A stretch of DNA of 63,923 bases, filler included, from Octopus bimaculoides (GCF_001194135.2; 4 parts of 4 records of this genome joined end to end with filler, not necessarily neighbours in it); one strand, 5' to 3'; numbered from the whole stretch's first letter, positions 51,099 through 63,289 are shown. The notes: generated by a model from the letters alone, not told the origin. Program-made: numbers and translations.

Positions 51099-52364
51099 GC
51101 ATGTGTCTTATGCAAAATCTGTGATGAGCCCGAGTGACACTGATGACCTGGAATTGCCTATGATGTTTATGTGTGTGTTTATCTGTCCTGTTTGTCTATA
51201 TGTGGTCTCTACTTTCTATCTATCCATCTATCTGCCTGTCTGTCTATCTTTGGGTCATGTCTGGAAACCCCTACTACTGGTACCATGTAACCCAGTGGTG
51301 TGAACATTCTGCAGCACTGAAAACAGGGCCTATCAAAGGACAAAATGAGCTTGTAGTGTGGTTATGGCAAAAGACTTGTCAATTTATGTACATCATTTAT
51401 TGCTATGCTATTACAAGGCATTCATGTAAGAGAGACAGAATCAATCTTATATGAACATCGTGTTTTACAGGTGCCAGATATCTTCAGTAAAAATTCAATA
51501 GTCTGATTTTTCACATCAATGCATATTCATGTGGCCATGTTGATTCTTCATCCATCTCTGGGTTGAGTATAGACCTGTGAAAATAGCTATTAGGAGAATC
51601 ATGATGAGTTGAGTATGTTGTAAAAACAGCTATAAGGAGAATCATGTGGGTTGAATATGGAACTGTAAAAACAGCTATTAATGAGAAGCTCATTGTGAAT
51701 CAGTAGCCACCCACACAAGTGGGGTCTCATGAAAACATCTTGGATGTGAGCTTACAGACCATAGCCACAAAAGCAACAATGAAATACATAATTTGCTCTC
51801 TAGTAGGATTCAGTGTCCACAGGTGATGCGACAAAGAACAAGAAGATCTGCCTTACTGCCTGTCTATCTACCTAGCTAGCTGTGTTTGACTAACTATGTG
51901 TCTATTTATCTATCCATCTACAAATATATAGAGAGAGAGATAAATAGATAGCTATAAACATTTTGGATTCAAGCGAATCAGGTCTTTAAACAGTAAAGCA
52001 CCAAGGTTGGGTCAATGAGATCACTATCGTGTACAAAACATACATACTAAAGTAAATATAGATTTATATTCAAATTGCATGTTACATCATGAGCATACGA
52101 CTGAATTACCACAAATCTCAAGACTACCTTGGTACAAAAACACCACCAATTGTACTGCACTCAGTAGACTTCAGATCCATGCTCGGAATTGCAGGTTCCA
52201 AATAAGGTAAATAATAAACAAATAAATGGATAGTGGTTCACTAACTACAGCTATGTGTGTATATATATGTAATAACTATATATATTATGAGCCTTCCATA
52301 GTAGCTTTCTCTCTGTAACTTGCAAAGCCTTTCAAGTTTGTTTTTAAAAATATTATTTATGTGG

Positions 52365-52395
<31 letters not shown>

Positions 52396-52989
52396 ATGGA
52401 TTAGAAGCAGTGCTAGTGTTGTATACATGATCAACTGTACATACTTAATGTGTGTGTTTTGCTTGTTCACTGGTATGTGAGGGTTTTACATAGTAGGTAA
52501 GACTCCCTCAAAGCACTGTGTGTTAAAACACCTGAAAGACATAGACAGGTGAGACAACTCACCTCAAATCCCATTCAGGAGGGATGGTTACCGATATTTT
52601 GCCATTTTTGTGGCTTACCAACATCACACCTGAATTGAACAAGGGCCGAACTGAATCACCAGTCTATGACTATATATAAATTTGCTAGTATACCCCAATG
52701 ATGCATGTATGAAATTAAATTCAATTATAAATTAGAAGCAGCACTAGTGTTGTAAACATTACCGACTGCACATATTGAATGTATGTGTTTTGCTTGTTCA
52801 CCTGAATATGTGTGTGTGTGTGTATTTCATTTAGGCATTGTGAAACTAATAACCTGGTGTAAAACTCAATATATGTATGTTTCAGAATAAAGTGTTAGTA
52901 ATAAGAAAGAGAGATGACAAAGGAATAAATGATCATCTTATGAACTTCATTAGCTTATAGCAGTCTACTCATAGCTACAGATGTGTATA

Positions 52990-54520
52990 TGAGAGACTGC
53001 AACAGTGTCATCCTATATAAGAACAAAGGAGACAAAAACAATTACAATAACTACCAAGGCATCTTGCTGTTAAGCATTGTTGGGAAGGTTTTGCCTGCAT
53101 GGCCCTAAACATGCTACAGAAAATTACTGAGAGGATATCCCAGAATCTCAGTGTGATTCCAGATCAAAACGCTCTACCATTGACATGATCTCTCTCCGAA
53201 AACTACAGGAAAAGTGCAGAGTGCAAAGACAACCACTCTTTATCACCCTCATCGATTTCACACAGGCTTTTGACCTTGTTAGTAGAGACAGCCCGTTCAA
53301 AATCCTTGCCAAGATTGGCTGCCCTTCAAGATGCCTCAGAATTGTCCAATCATTTCATGTGGACATGAAAGGTGTCATTCAATTTGATGGCTCTTTTTTG
53401 GAGACATTCAACATAGCAGCATGAAACAGAGCTGTGTGCTTGCCCCCACCCTGTTTGGCATCTTCTTGCAGTCATGCTGAAACATGCATTTGGGACATCA
53501 ACTGATGGTGATTACCTCCACACCATATCAAGCAGCAAACTGTTTAGTCTGTTGTGTCTCAAAGCAAAATCTGGGGTGCACCAGGTACTCATCAGAGAAA
53601 TGCTGTTTGTGGATGACACAGCACTGACAGCACACTCTGAAGAGTAAATGCAGCACCTCATGGACAAACACTCAAAAGCCTGTCAGGAATTTAAGTCTGA
53701 AGAAGACTGAAGTAATGGGCCAAAGTGTCAAGAACTCCTACACACCTTCACCATCAACAACTACAAGGTGGAGGTAAGTCCATCAATTCACCTATCTCAG
53801 CTCTACCATCGCTGATGACCTCTCCCTGGACCCTGAGATCAACACGTGAATCTGACAAGCATCCCCCACATTTGCCAAGCTCACAAAGAGAGTCTGGGAA
53901 AACAAAAAACTGGTTGCTAACAGCAAGATTTCTGTCTATAAGGTGTGCAATCCTTAGTACGCTACTTTATAGCAGTGAGACATGGAGCCTCTACTCTAGA
54001 CAGGAGCAGCATCTCAATATCTTTCACCTTCATAATTTGAGACACATCTTGGCTATCAAGTGGACCGACCACATCACCAACACCAAAGTCCTCAACTGAG
54101 CCAAGATGCCCAGCATACTTACCCTGTTCCAGCAGCATTGTTTGCACCTGCTCAGTCATGTTCATCGCATGCCAGATGGAAGGATCCCAAAAGACCTCCT
54201 GTATGGGGAATTGGCTACCGGCATAAGAGCACAAGGACGACCTTATCTTCGTTTTGAAGATATGAAGTCACTTGATCTGGATGTCCTGAGATGGGAGGAG
54301 GTTGCAAATGATTACCCACACTGGAGGCAAATATTGCAAAAGGGAATGAACAGAGTGGAAGAAAAACGGGAACTTGCCATCACCAGCAGAGAGCTCCTTC
54401 GAATGCAGTCACTGTATGTGTGGCTGTCACTTCTGTACAGCCACAGCAGATGCTGCACCACCATCAGGAGCTGACATGATATCTTTGGGCGCAAATCCAC
54501 GGCTTCTCGAGACTGACAGA
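52990..54520 (+). mobile_element. Decayed RTE (BovB-like) LINE, RT domain to 3' end
   Basis: YKNKGDKNNYNNYQGILLLSIVGK, LQEKCRVQRQPLFITLIDFTQAFDLVSRD, REMLFVDD, YSSETW, RMPDGRIPKDLLYGELATG..QGRP; stops and frameshifts. Confidence 0.93.
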
Positions 54521-55044
54521 TGCCTACATACATATGTATAAATGTGTACGTGTGTGTGTCTATATACATGAATATATGTATGTTTTAGAAGTGTGTGTAT
54601 GTGGGTCAGACCCTCTGTGTCAATATGCACAATTGTCTCTGTGTGTGTGTGTGTTGTATATACATATATGTAAATATGCATATATCTATTTGTGTGTGTG
54701 TGCGTGGTCTGGGTACACACATACATGTGTACACATGGCCCTCCGTGTGCCTGCAAGTTGGGTCTTTGCATGTGTGTGTCTTTCTGTATTTGTATCTGCA
54801 TTTCTACTAATACATCTAATTACTTCTTGGATATACTCTTTTCTTATATACATCTGTATTGACTTACTCACTGTTGATGTCATTCCCTCTATAGGCACAA
54901 CTGTAATTCTTTCCCAAATAAAGTGCACTTCATATTCAAGGCTCCAATGAAGCTATAAGTCCATTGTATCTTATAGCAGAAACAGCTGTAAACTAATGAA
55001 GGTCATAAGATAACTGTTGTTTATTCCTTTGCCATCTCTCTTTC

Positions 55045-56460
55045 TTTTCATCATCATCATCATCATCGTTTAACGTCCGCTTTCCATGCTAGCATGGGTT
55101 GGACGATTTGACTGAGGACTGGTGAAACCGGATGGCAACACCAGGCTCCAGTCTGATTTGGCAGAGTTTCTACAGCTGGATGCCCTTCCTAACGCCAACC
55201 ACTCCAAGAATGTAGTGGGTGCTTTTACGTGCCACCGANNNNNNNNNNNNNNNNNNNNNNNNNNNNNNNNNNNNNNNNNNNNNNNNNNNNNNNNNNNNNN
55301 NNNNNNNNNNNNNNNNNNNNNNNNNNNNNNNNNNNNNNNNNNNNNNNNNNNNNNNNNNNNNNNNNNNNNNNNNNNNNNNNNNNNNNNNNNNNNNNNNNNN
55401 NNNNNNNNNNNNNNNNNNNNNNNNNNNNNNNNNNNNNNNNNNNNNNNNNNNNNNNNNNNNNNNNNNNNNNNNNNNNNNNNNNNNNNNNNNNNNNNNNNNN
55501 NNNNNNNNNNNNNNNNNNNNNNNNNNNNNNNNNNNNNNNNNNNNNNNNNNNNNNNNNNNNNNNNNNNNNNNNNNNNNNNNNNNNNNNNNNNNNNNNNNNN
55601 NNNNNNNNNNNNNNNNNNNNNNNNNNNNNNNNNNNNNNNNNNNNNNNNNNNNNNNNNNNNNNNNNNNNNNNNNNNNNNNNNNNNNNNNNNNNNNNNNNNN
55701 NNNNNNNNNNNNNNNNNNNNNNNNNNNNNNNNNNNNNNNNNNNNNNNNNNNNNNNNNNNNNNNNNNNNNNNNNNNNNNNNNNNNNNNNNNNNNNNNNNNN
55801 NNNNNNNNNNNNNNNNNNNAGCTTTTCTCTCAAGATACTTACACTCTGACGGGTATTCACATTATATATATCATCGTCATCATCATCGTTTAACGTCTGC
55901 TTTCCATGCTAGCATGGGTTGGACGATTTGACTGAGGACTGGTGGACCAGATGGCTGCACCAGGCTCCAATCTGATTTGGCAGAGTTTCTACAGCTGGAT
56001 GCCCTTCCTAACGCCAACCACTCCAAGAATGTAGTGGGTGCTTTTACGTGCCACCGACACGAGGGCTAGTCAGGTGGTACTGGCAACAGCTACGCTCGAA
56101 ATGGTGTATTTTATGTGCCACCTGCACAGGAGCCAGTCCATCGGCACTGGCAACGATCTCGCTCGAATGTCTTTTCACGTGTCACTGGCACAAGTGCCAG
56201 GAAGGTGACATTGGTAACGATCACGCTGGTGCTATTTACGTGCCACCAGCATGGAAGCCAGACAGCTGCTCTGGCAACGATCGCGCTCGGACAGTGCTCT
56301 TAGTGCTCCACTGGTACAGGTGCCACCATGATTTCGCTTGCCCCAACAGGTCTTCGCAAGCCGAATTTAGTGTTCCTACAAATTTAGTTCCATTTCGATT
56401 TCACTTGCCTCAATAGGTCTTCGCAAGCGGAGTTTAGTGTCCAATGAAGGAATGTTACGC
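55045..56460 (-). mobile_element. Two copies of a GAT-tailed short repeat (family F) on either side of an N gap
   Basis: catcatcgtttaacgtc..ccatgctagcatggg..gatgcccttcctaacgccaacc at about 55060 and 55880, with internal repeats of tttacgtgccac. Confidence 0.85.
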
Positions 56461-56984
56461 ATAAGTGCCTATATATATATATACAACACAAACTCTTAAC
56501 CCTTTTTTTAAACCTAACAAAACTCTCAACCCTCATGCATCCTTATTTTTCCTACCAATTTATACATGAACTACTATTGAACTACAAAAGCTCAAAGACA
56601 ATATAATGTATGGGTATATTTATTTTTTTATATATTATTGTTTTATATATTATTTTCTTCATTTTGTACTTCTTTGTAAAAAAACATTTTCGTTCTCCAT
56701 CTTCTTGATAATTTGCTTCTTCGCAATGAAAACTGGTTAGAAAAANNNNNNNNNNNNNNNNNNNNNNNNATATCTCATTTTGTCCTGTTCTGGTGTTTTG
56801 TGAAAATTTTTCTGGAGAACATTTTTTTTGTGGTTGGATCGTTGATGACCTCTTTCTAGCATATTGGATGTCCACCTAGTGGTCATCCCTTATACACATA
56901 TAATACAATTTTTTATATGCTAGGCCACTTGGTTTCAAATTGAATCAATATTCAATTTATCACCCTATCTATATAAATATATAT

Positions 56985-57328
56985 ATATAACGTCGCCTTC
57001 CTGGCACTTGTGCCAGTGGCACGTGAAAAGACATTCGAGCGAGTTCATTGCCAGTACTGCTGGACTGGCTCCTGTGCAGGTGGCATGTAAAATACACCAT
57101 TTCAAGCATGGCCGTTGCCAGTACCGCCTGACTGGCTCTTGCGCCGGTGGCACGTAAAAGCACCCACTACACTCTCTAAGTGGTTGGCATTAGGAAGGGC
57201 ATCCAGCTGTAGAAACTCTGCCAAATCAGATTGGAGCCTGGTGTAGCCATCTGGTTCACCAGTCGTCAGTCAAATCGTCCAACCCATGCTAGCATGGAAA
57301 GCGGAGGTTAAACGATGATGATGATGAT
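56985..57328 (+). mobile_element. Family F repeat, opposite orientation
   Basis: gtggcacgtaaaagcaccc..aacccatgctagcatggaaagcggaggttaaacgatgatgatgat. Confidence 0.88.
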
Positions 57329-57450
57329 ATATATTTATATATAGTAGTCTGCGCAGTGGAAACATGTGTAGGTCATAATATGTTATATAAAATTGTAAAA
57401 TAAGAGAAAATAAATTTTGAGCATGTACAAGTCTTCATACTCTTTATAAT

Positions 57451-57494
<44 letters not shown>

Positions 57495-57504
57495 TATATA
57501 TAAG

Positions 57505-57780
57505 ATGGCCTAGTGGTTATGATGTTGCACTCAAGATCATAAGATCATAGTTTCAATTCCTAGACCAGGTGATGCATCATGTTCATGAGCAAAAACACTT
57601 CATTTCACATTACTCTGTGATCATTTCAACACCTGATGCATAGTGCACCATGCACCTCTTCAGGCAACATCGATTCGATGGAAGGAGTGAGCTAATGTAC
57701 AGTACATACATTTGATCACTATAAACAAATTACTTGTGCAAGCCATTCAGCAAAAAAGCTGAACACTAACACATCTTCAA
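57505..57780 (+). mobile_element. tRNA-derived SINE, family D, CpG-decayed
   Basis: gatggcctagtggtt (A box), agtttcaattcc (B-box-like), tcatgagcaaaaacacttcatttcaca core. Confidence 0.65.
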
Positions 57781-57827
57781 TGAGATAGTCAATCATGTAT
57801 ACATATGTATATATTCTTGTTTTTTTA

Positions 57828-58148
57828 TTCTTTTACACGTTTCAGTCATTTTACTGTAGCCATGCTAGAGCAACACCTTAAATGGTTTTAGTTGAAGAAT
57901 TCGACCCCAAGACTTATCCTTTGTAAGCCTAGCACTTATTCTGATGGTCTTTTTTGCCAGCCTGCTAAGTTATGGGGACATAAACACACCAACATCAGTT
58001 GTCAAGTGATGGTGGGGGGACAAACACAGACTTAAAGACACACACACATAAATATATATATATATATATATATATAGACATATATATATGACGGGCTACT
58101 TTCAGTTTACGTCTACCAAATCCATCCACAAGGCTTGGTCAGCCCGAA
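57828..58148 (-). mobile_element. SINE family A, head truncated
   Basis: Reverse complement of the family A body and tail. Confidence 0.85.
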
Positions 58149-58174
58149 ACTAACATCTTGAACCATGGGCTGTA

Positions 58175-60380
58175 AACATTGCACCAAGAAAAGTGAACAA
58201 ACAAGCAAGCAAGGAATGTAAAAAACCAGCATTCAGACTCAGATGTTGGAGCATAAGGACTCTAACAACTGGTCTGTCAGAGAACCTTTAAAAGATCGGT
58301 GATGCACGCAAAACAGCAATGATCAACAACGAACTGCTATAACTCCAAGTGGACATTGCAGCACTCCAGGAAATGAAGCTCCCAGATTCAGGGACCCTTT
58401 GTGAAAGAAACTATTCCTTTTTCTGGCAAGGGAAAGACATAGATGAAGTCAAAGAGCATGGTGTTGGCTTGGCCATGAAGAACTCTCTGCTGAAGTTGGT
58501 AGAACTCAACAGTGATGGCTCAGAGCAGATCCTCTCACTTTGATTGTACACTTCTGATGAGCCTGTCAACCTTATCCTCTATTCCTCACAAGACATCAAG
58601 GATAAGTTATACAATCAGCTCTCTAGGAAAATACAGGTGATCTCGAATGGAGAACATCTGGTGCTACTTGGTGACTTCAATGCCAGAGTAGGAGCTGATC
58701 GTGACTACTGGCCAGAGTGTCAGGGTTGGTACAGGATTGGCAACAGCTGCTTGCTCCACAGACTATGTGTCACCAATACCTATTTCCAGGCCAAAGCTCA
58801 ACACAGGGTCTCCTGGCATCACCCTTGCTCAGAGCACTGGCACCAGCTAGATTTGATCATCACAAGACACAACCACCTGAGGAATGTCCTCCTGACTCGA
58901 TCTTTTCAGGATGCTAACTGCAACACAGACCACTCCCTAGTTTGCTGTAATCTCAAACTCCACCCAAAAATGATGCACTGCACCAAGCCCCCAGGCAAGC
59001 AGTGCATCAGTACTACTGCAACCCAACAGCCAACTAAGACAGATGCATTCCTCAAGACACTGGAAGATGCCCTCATTGCAGACCCACATGAAGGCAATGT
59101 TCAGCTGAGATGGGACTTTCTCAGGGACATCATCCATAGCACTGCACTGAGGGCCTTTGGGAAGAGGAGGAAAATGATACATGACTGGTTTGAGGCAAAT
59201 ATGAAAGAACTCAGTACCCCCAGGGGGAGGAGAAGTGTGCCGTCCTGCTGAAGCACAAACACCAACCCCCCAGGGCAATGCTGCAAGCATTGAGATCAGC
59301 AAGGAACAGCATGTAAAAGACAGTGAGACAGTGTGCAAATGACTACTGGTTACAATTATGTACAGATATCCAACTGTCGTTTGACATGGGCAACATTCAT
59401 GGAATGTATGAAGGTATCAAGAAAGCCATCACCCCAACCCAGAGCAAGATTGTTCCCCTCAAATCCAGAACAAAGGAAGTTACCAAGAGCAAAAGAGAGC
59501 AGCTGAAGAGATGGGTGGAACATTATTCCAAACTCTACGCCAAGGAAAACAACATCTCGGACAGTGCACTAGACACCGTAGAGCACCTACCTATCACAGA
59601 GGAGCTGGACACATTGCCAACTGCTGAGCAGAACCATTGATGGCTTGCCCACTGGAAAAGCAGTGGGTTTAGATGGCATTCCATTAGAGATCATCAGATG
59701 TGCAAGGAGAGTCTTACTTAGCCACTTGCTGAAGTGTTGAGGGGAAGGATCAGTGCAAACACCAAAATTGCTGTCTATAAGGCATGCATCCTTAGTACAC
59801 TATTTTATGGCAGTGAGACATGGAGCCTCTACTCTAGACAGGAGCAGCATCTCAACATCTTTCACCTTCATAATTTGAGACACATCTTGGCTATCAAGTG
59901 GACCGACCACATCACCAACACCAAAGTCCTCAACTGAGCCAAGATGCCCAGCATACTTACCCTGTTCCAGCAGCATTGTTTGCACCTGCTCAGTCATGTT
60001 CATCGCATGCCAGATGGAAGGATCCCAAAAGACCTCCTGTATGGGGAATTGGCTACCGGCATAAGAGCACAAGGACGACCTCATTTTCGTTTTGAAGATG
60101 TCTGTAAGAGAGATATGAAGTCACTTGATCTGGATGTCCTGAGATGGGAGGAGGTTGCAAATGATCGCCCACACTGGAGGCAAATACTGCAAAAGGAGAT
60201 GAAGAAAAACAGGAACTCACCACCAAAGAAAAGCACACTTGATGGAAGGAAAACCCAGTAGTGCCAGCAGAGAGCTCTTTCAAATGCAGTCGCTGTATGA
60301 ATGACTGCCACTCCCATATGGGCCTGTACAGCCACAACAGGCACTGACATGATTTCTTTGGGTGCAGATGCCTACTGGAT
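58175..60380 (+). mobile_element. Decayed RTE LINE with APE endonuclease and a deleted RT core
   Basis: VDIAALQE, HGVGLAMK, VLLGDFNARVG, WHQLDLII, TDHSLV (APE). The sequence then jumps near 59730 from the RT start to KIAVYKACILSTLFYGSETW. Confidence 0.92.
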
Positions 60381-60412
60381 ATATGCACATCTGTGTGTGT
60401 GTGGAGACCTGT

Positions 60413-61439
60413 GGATTTGAGGAATATTAATGCAGTATATGGGGATTGGACAACAAACATAAGCCAGTGTCAACAGTGATTCCAGAAATTCCGAGCTGGA
60501 AACTACAGCCTAGAAGACGAGCCACATTGTGGAAGATCTGTAGAGCTCAATGAGGATGTCCTGCAAATCCTGGTGGAACAAAATCCCATTGTAACTGTTG
60601 AAGAACTACCAAAAGAAGTTTGGATTTGGTCATTCAACCATTCATCGACACCTGCATGCCATAGGAAAAGTCAACAAATTGGGTCAATGGGTTCTTCACA
60701 AACTTTCCGAGTTTAATTGCATGCAGAGAGTGAATGTGTGCTCTTCTTTGCAGTCATGTTTCATGAATGAACCTTTTTTGGACCAAATAGGAACTGGTAA
60801 CATGAAATGGGTTCTCTATAAATATGTCAAGTGCCGAAGACAGTGGGTAAGGAAAGGAGAAACACCAGGCTAAAGGTCTTCACCCACGTAAGGTGTTGTT
60901 ATCTGTTTGGTGGGGTATGAAAGGTTTAGCCCACTTTGAACTTTTAAACCCCAATCAAATGATAACAAAGGAGACCTACTGCAAGCAGCTTGAGTGGCTT
61001 AAGTCAGCACTAGAAGTAAAATGACCAGCTTTGGTTTCAAAGTGAAAAGTGTTCTTCTATGAGGATAATGCTTGGCCACATACAGCAAGAATGACATTCC
61101 AAACAGTGGAACAGTTTGAATGGGTAACAATGCCCCACCCACCATATTTGCCAGATATTGCCCCATCTGACTATCATTTATTCTGCAGTCTTCAAAGTCA
61201 TTTGGATGTAAAAAATATGAATTCTATAAACAAGTTCAGAACAGTACTGGAGGAGTATTTTTCATCATGGACAAGTGAATTTTAAAAGAGCGGCCTTGCA
61301 AATCTACTAGATAGATGGAAGTGAATGGTAGAAAATGAAGGAGAGAATATTTTAGATTAAAAAAGAAATTTGTTTATCTTAATTTTGAAAAATAGAAGAA
61401 GTATAAAAAAAAAACTGCATTATTTATGGGATGACCCAA
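60413..61439 (+). mobile_element. 5'-truncated mariner (DD34D) transposon
   Basis: WVLHKL (WVPHEL), IGTGNMKW, YEDNAWPH, HPPYLPDIAPSDYHLF, with 34 residues between the last two Asp. 3' TIR gcattatttatgggatgacccaa|ta. Confidence 0.93.
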
Positions 61440-61469
61440 TATAAATATATATATGTATATATATATATG

Positions 61470-61620
61470 GGGGAATTTATGAAAAAACAATAGACGAAGA
61501 CAGGTGGTGTAAACAACAAATGGATGTATTAGTTTAACGCTCGGGAATAGAGAAAGCCTTTGATGTTTCGAGCTACTCTCTTCAACTGAAAGGAACACAG
61601 AAAGAAATAAGGAGAGAAAC
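61470..61620 (-). mobile_element. Penelope-like terminus with a decayed hammerhead motif
   Basis: Minus strand TTGAAGA-GAG-TAG-CTC-GAAAC-AT at 61585-61563. Confidence 0.55.
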
Positions 61621-61696
61621 AAGGAGAAAAAAAATATAAATGTATATATATATATATATATATACATATAATAAATATATGCGTGTGTGTGTGTGT

Positions 61697-62037
61697 GCAG
61701 GAGTGGCTGTGTGGTAAGTAGCTTGCTTACCAACCATGTGGTTTCAGGTTCAGTCCCACCGCATAGCACCTTCGGCAAGTGTCTTCTGGCTGACCAAAGC
61801 ATTGTGAATGAATTTGGTAGACACAAACTGAAAAAAGCCCATCCTGTGTGTGTGTGTGTATGTTTGTCCCTGCACCATAGTTTGACAACTGATGCTGCTG
61901 TGTTTACGTCCCTGTAACTAAGCAGTTTGGTAAAAGAGACTGATAGAATAAGTACTAGGCTTACAAAGAATAAGTCCTGAAGGCGATTTGTTTGACCTCA
62001 GCCTGGCTGCAGTCAAGTGACTGAAACAAATAAAAGA

Positions 62038-62038
<1 letters not shown>
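61697..62038 (+). mobile_element. SINE family A, CpG-decayed
   Basis: gcaggagtggctgtgtggtaag..gactgaaacaaataaaaga. Confidence 0.9.
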
Positions 62039-62087
<49 letters not shown>

Positions 62088-62149
62088 TCCAAGAATCTAA
62101 TGCTCTTAGCTTAGTTTTTCCTTTGGTCTGGCCAGATTGGAGCAATCTC

Positions 62150-62330
62150 AAGTATAATCAGCCGAAATTGCGAAGATAATCTGGAACTTGACTGAGGAAA
62201 GAAAACTTCGGATGACCCATTCTTGTTTTCTTTGTATCGTCTATCTCGATGTTTTTTGTTCCATTTTTGTATCACCTAACTGTCCAGATGTTTTGCGTTC
62301 TTGTCCCATTTTGTATTTTTTATATATATA
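62150..62330 (+). repeat. Penelope-like terminus fragment
   Basis: aatcagccgaaattgcgaag resembles the tcagccgaaacgttg half of the 9750 motif; shared with 36865-36930. Confidence 0.45.
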
Positions 62331-62374
62331 TATAGATATAGATATATCTATATATATACATACATATATATTCT

Positions 62375-62595
62375 TTTATTCTTTTACTTGTTTCAGTCAT
62401 TTGACTGTGGCCATGCTGGAGCACCACCTTTAGTTGAGCAAATTGACCCCAGGTCTTATTCTTTGTAAGCCTAGTACTTATTCTATCTGTTCCTTTTTGC
62501 TGAACCGCTAAGTTATGGGGTCATAAACACACTAGTATCAGTCGTCAAGCAATGTTGGTGGGGGCAAATACAGACATGCACATGCACGCATGCAT

Positions 62596-62632
<37 letters not shown>

Positions 62633-62791
62633 CAACAGATTTCTTTCAGTTTTCGTCTACCAAATCCACTCACCAGGCCTTGGGTTGGCCCAAGGCTATA
62701 GTATAAGACACTTGCCCAAGGTGCAGTGGGATTGAACCCAGAACTATGTGGTTGGTAAGCAAGCTACTTACCACACAGCCAGTCCTGTGCC
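62375..62791 (-). mobile_element. SINE family A, full length, CpG-decayed
   Basis: Reverse complement of the family A head, body and tail. Confidence 0.92.
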
Positions 62792-63289
62792 TATATATNN
62801 NNNNNNNNNNNNNNNNNNNNNNNNNNNNNNNNNNNNNNNNNNTTAATTAATTAANNNNNNNNNNNNNNNNNNNNNNNNNNNNNNNNNNNNNNNNNNNNGG
62901 GGGGGGGGAGCAAATATAGATACTAGGTACCAAATAGCTATATTGAAAAAGCAGATCATATATCGTTATGATTGAAGAAATATCCACCATGAAACTAAAT
63001 CCATCGCCAGACAATGATAATTTCTGTTGGCAGCGAGTATTTCCACCTCGCCATCATGGCCGCCGTCTCTTCCAAAGAGTTGACTTTCACATAAATATAA
63101 ATTAAATATGTCTGCTTTGTTGTAATTATATTTGGATAAATATTGCTGCAAGGAACCACCCTATGACATTTGGTGCCAGACCGGCGCAGAATAATAGAAT
63201 AATGGAATGGATATTTTGCAATGGAAATTACTTGGAATATCGTAGAATAATTTTGTTCCCGCTGCTGATGATCAAAGGTAATTAGTTAT

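Noticed and set aside
55045-56060. Copies flanking the N gap as an assembly echo
   Set aside because: They differ at several positions, so they are treated as separate insertions.
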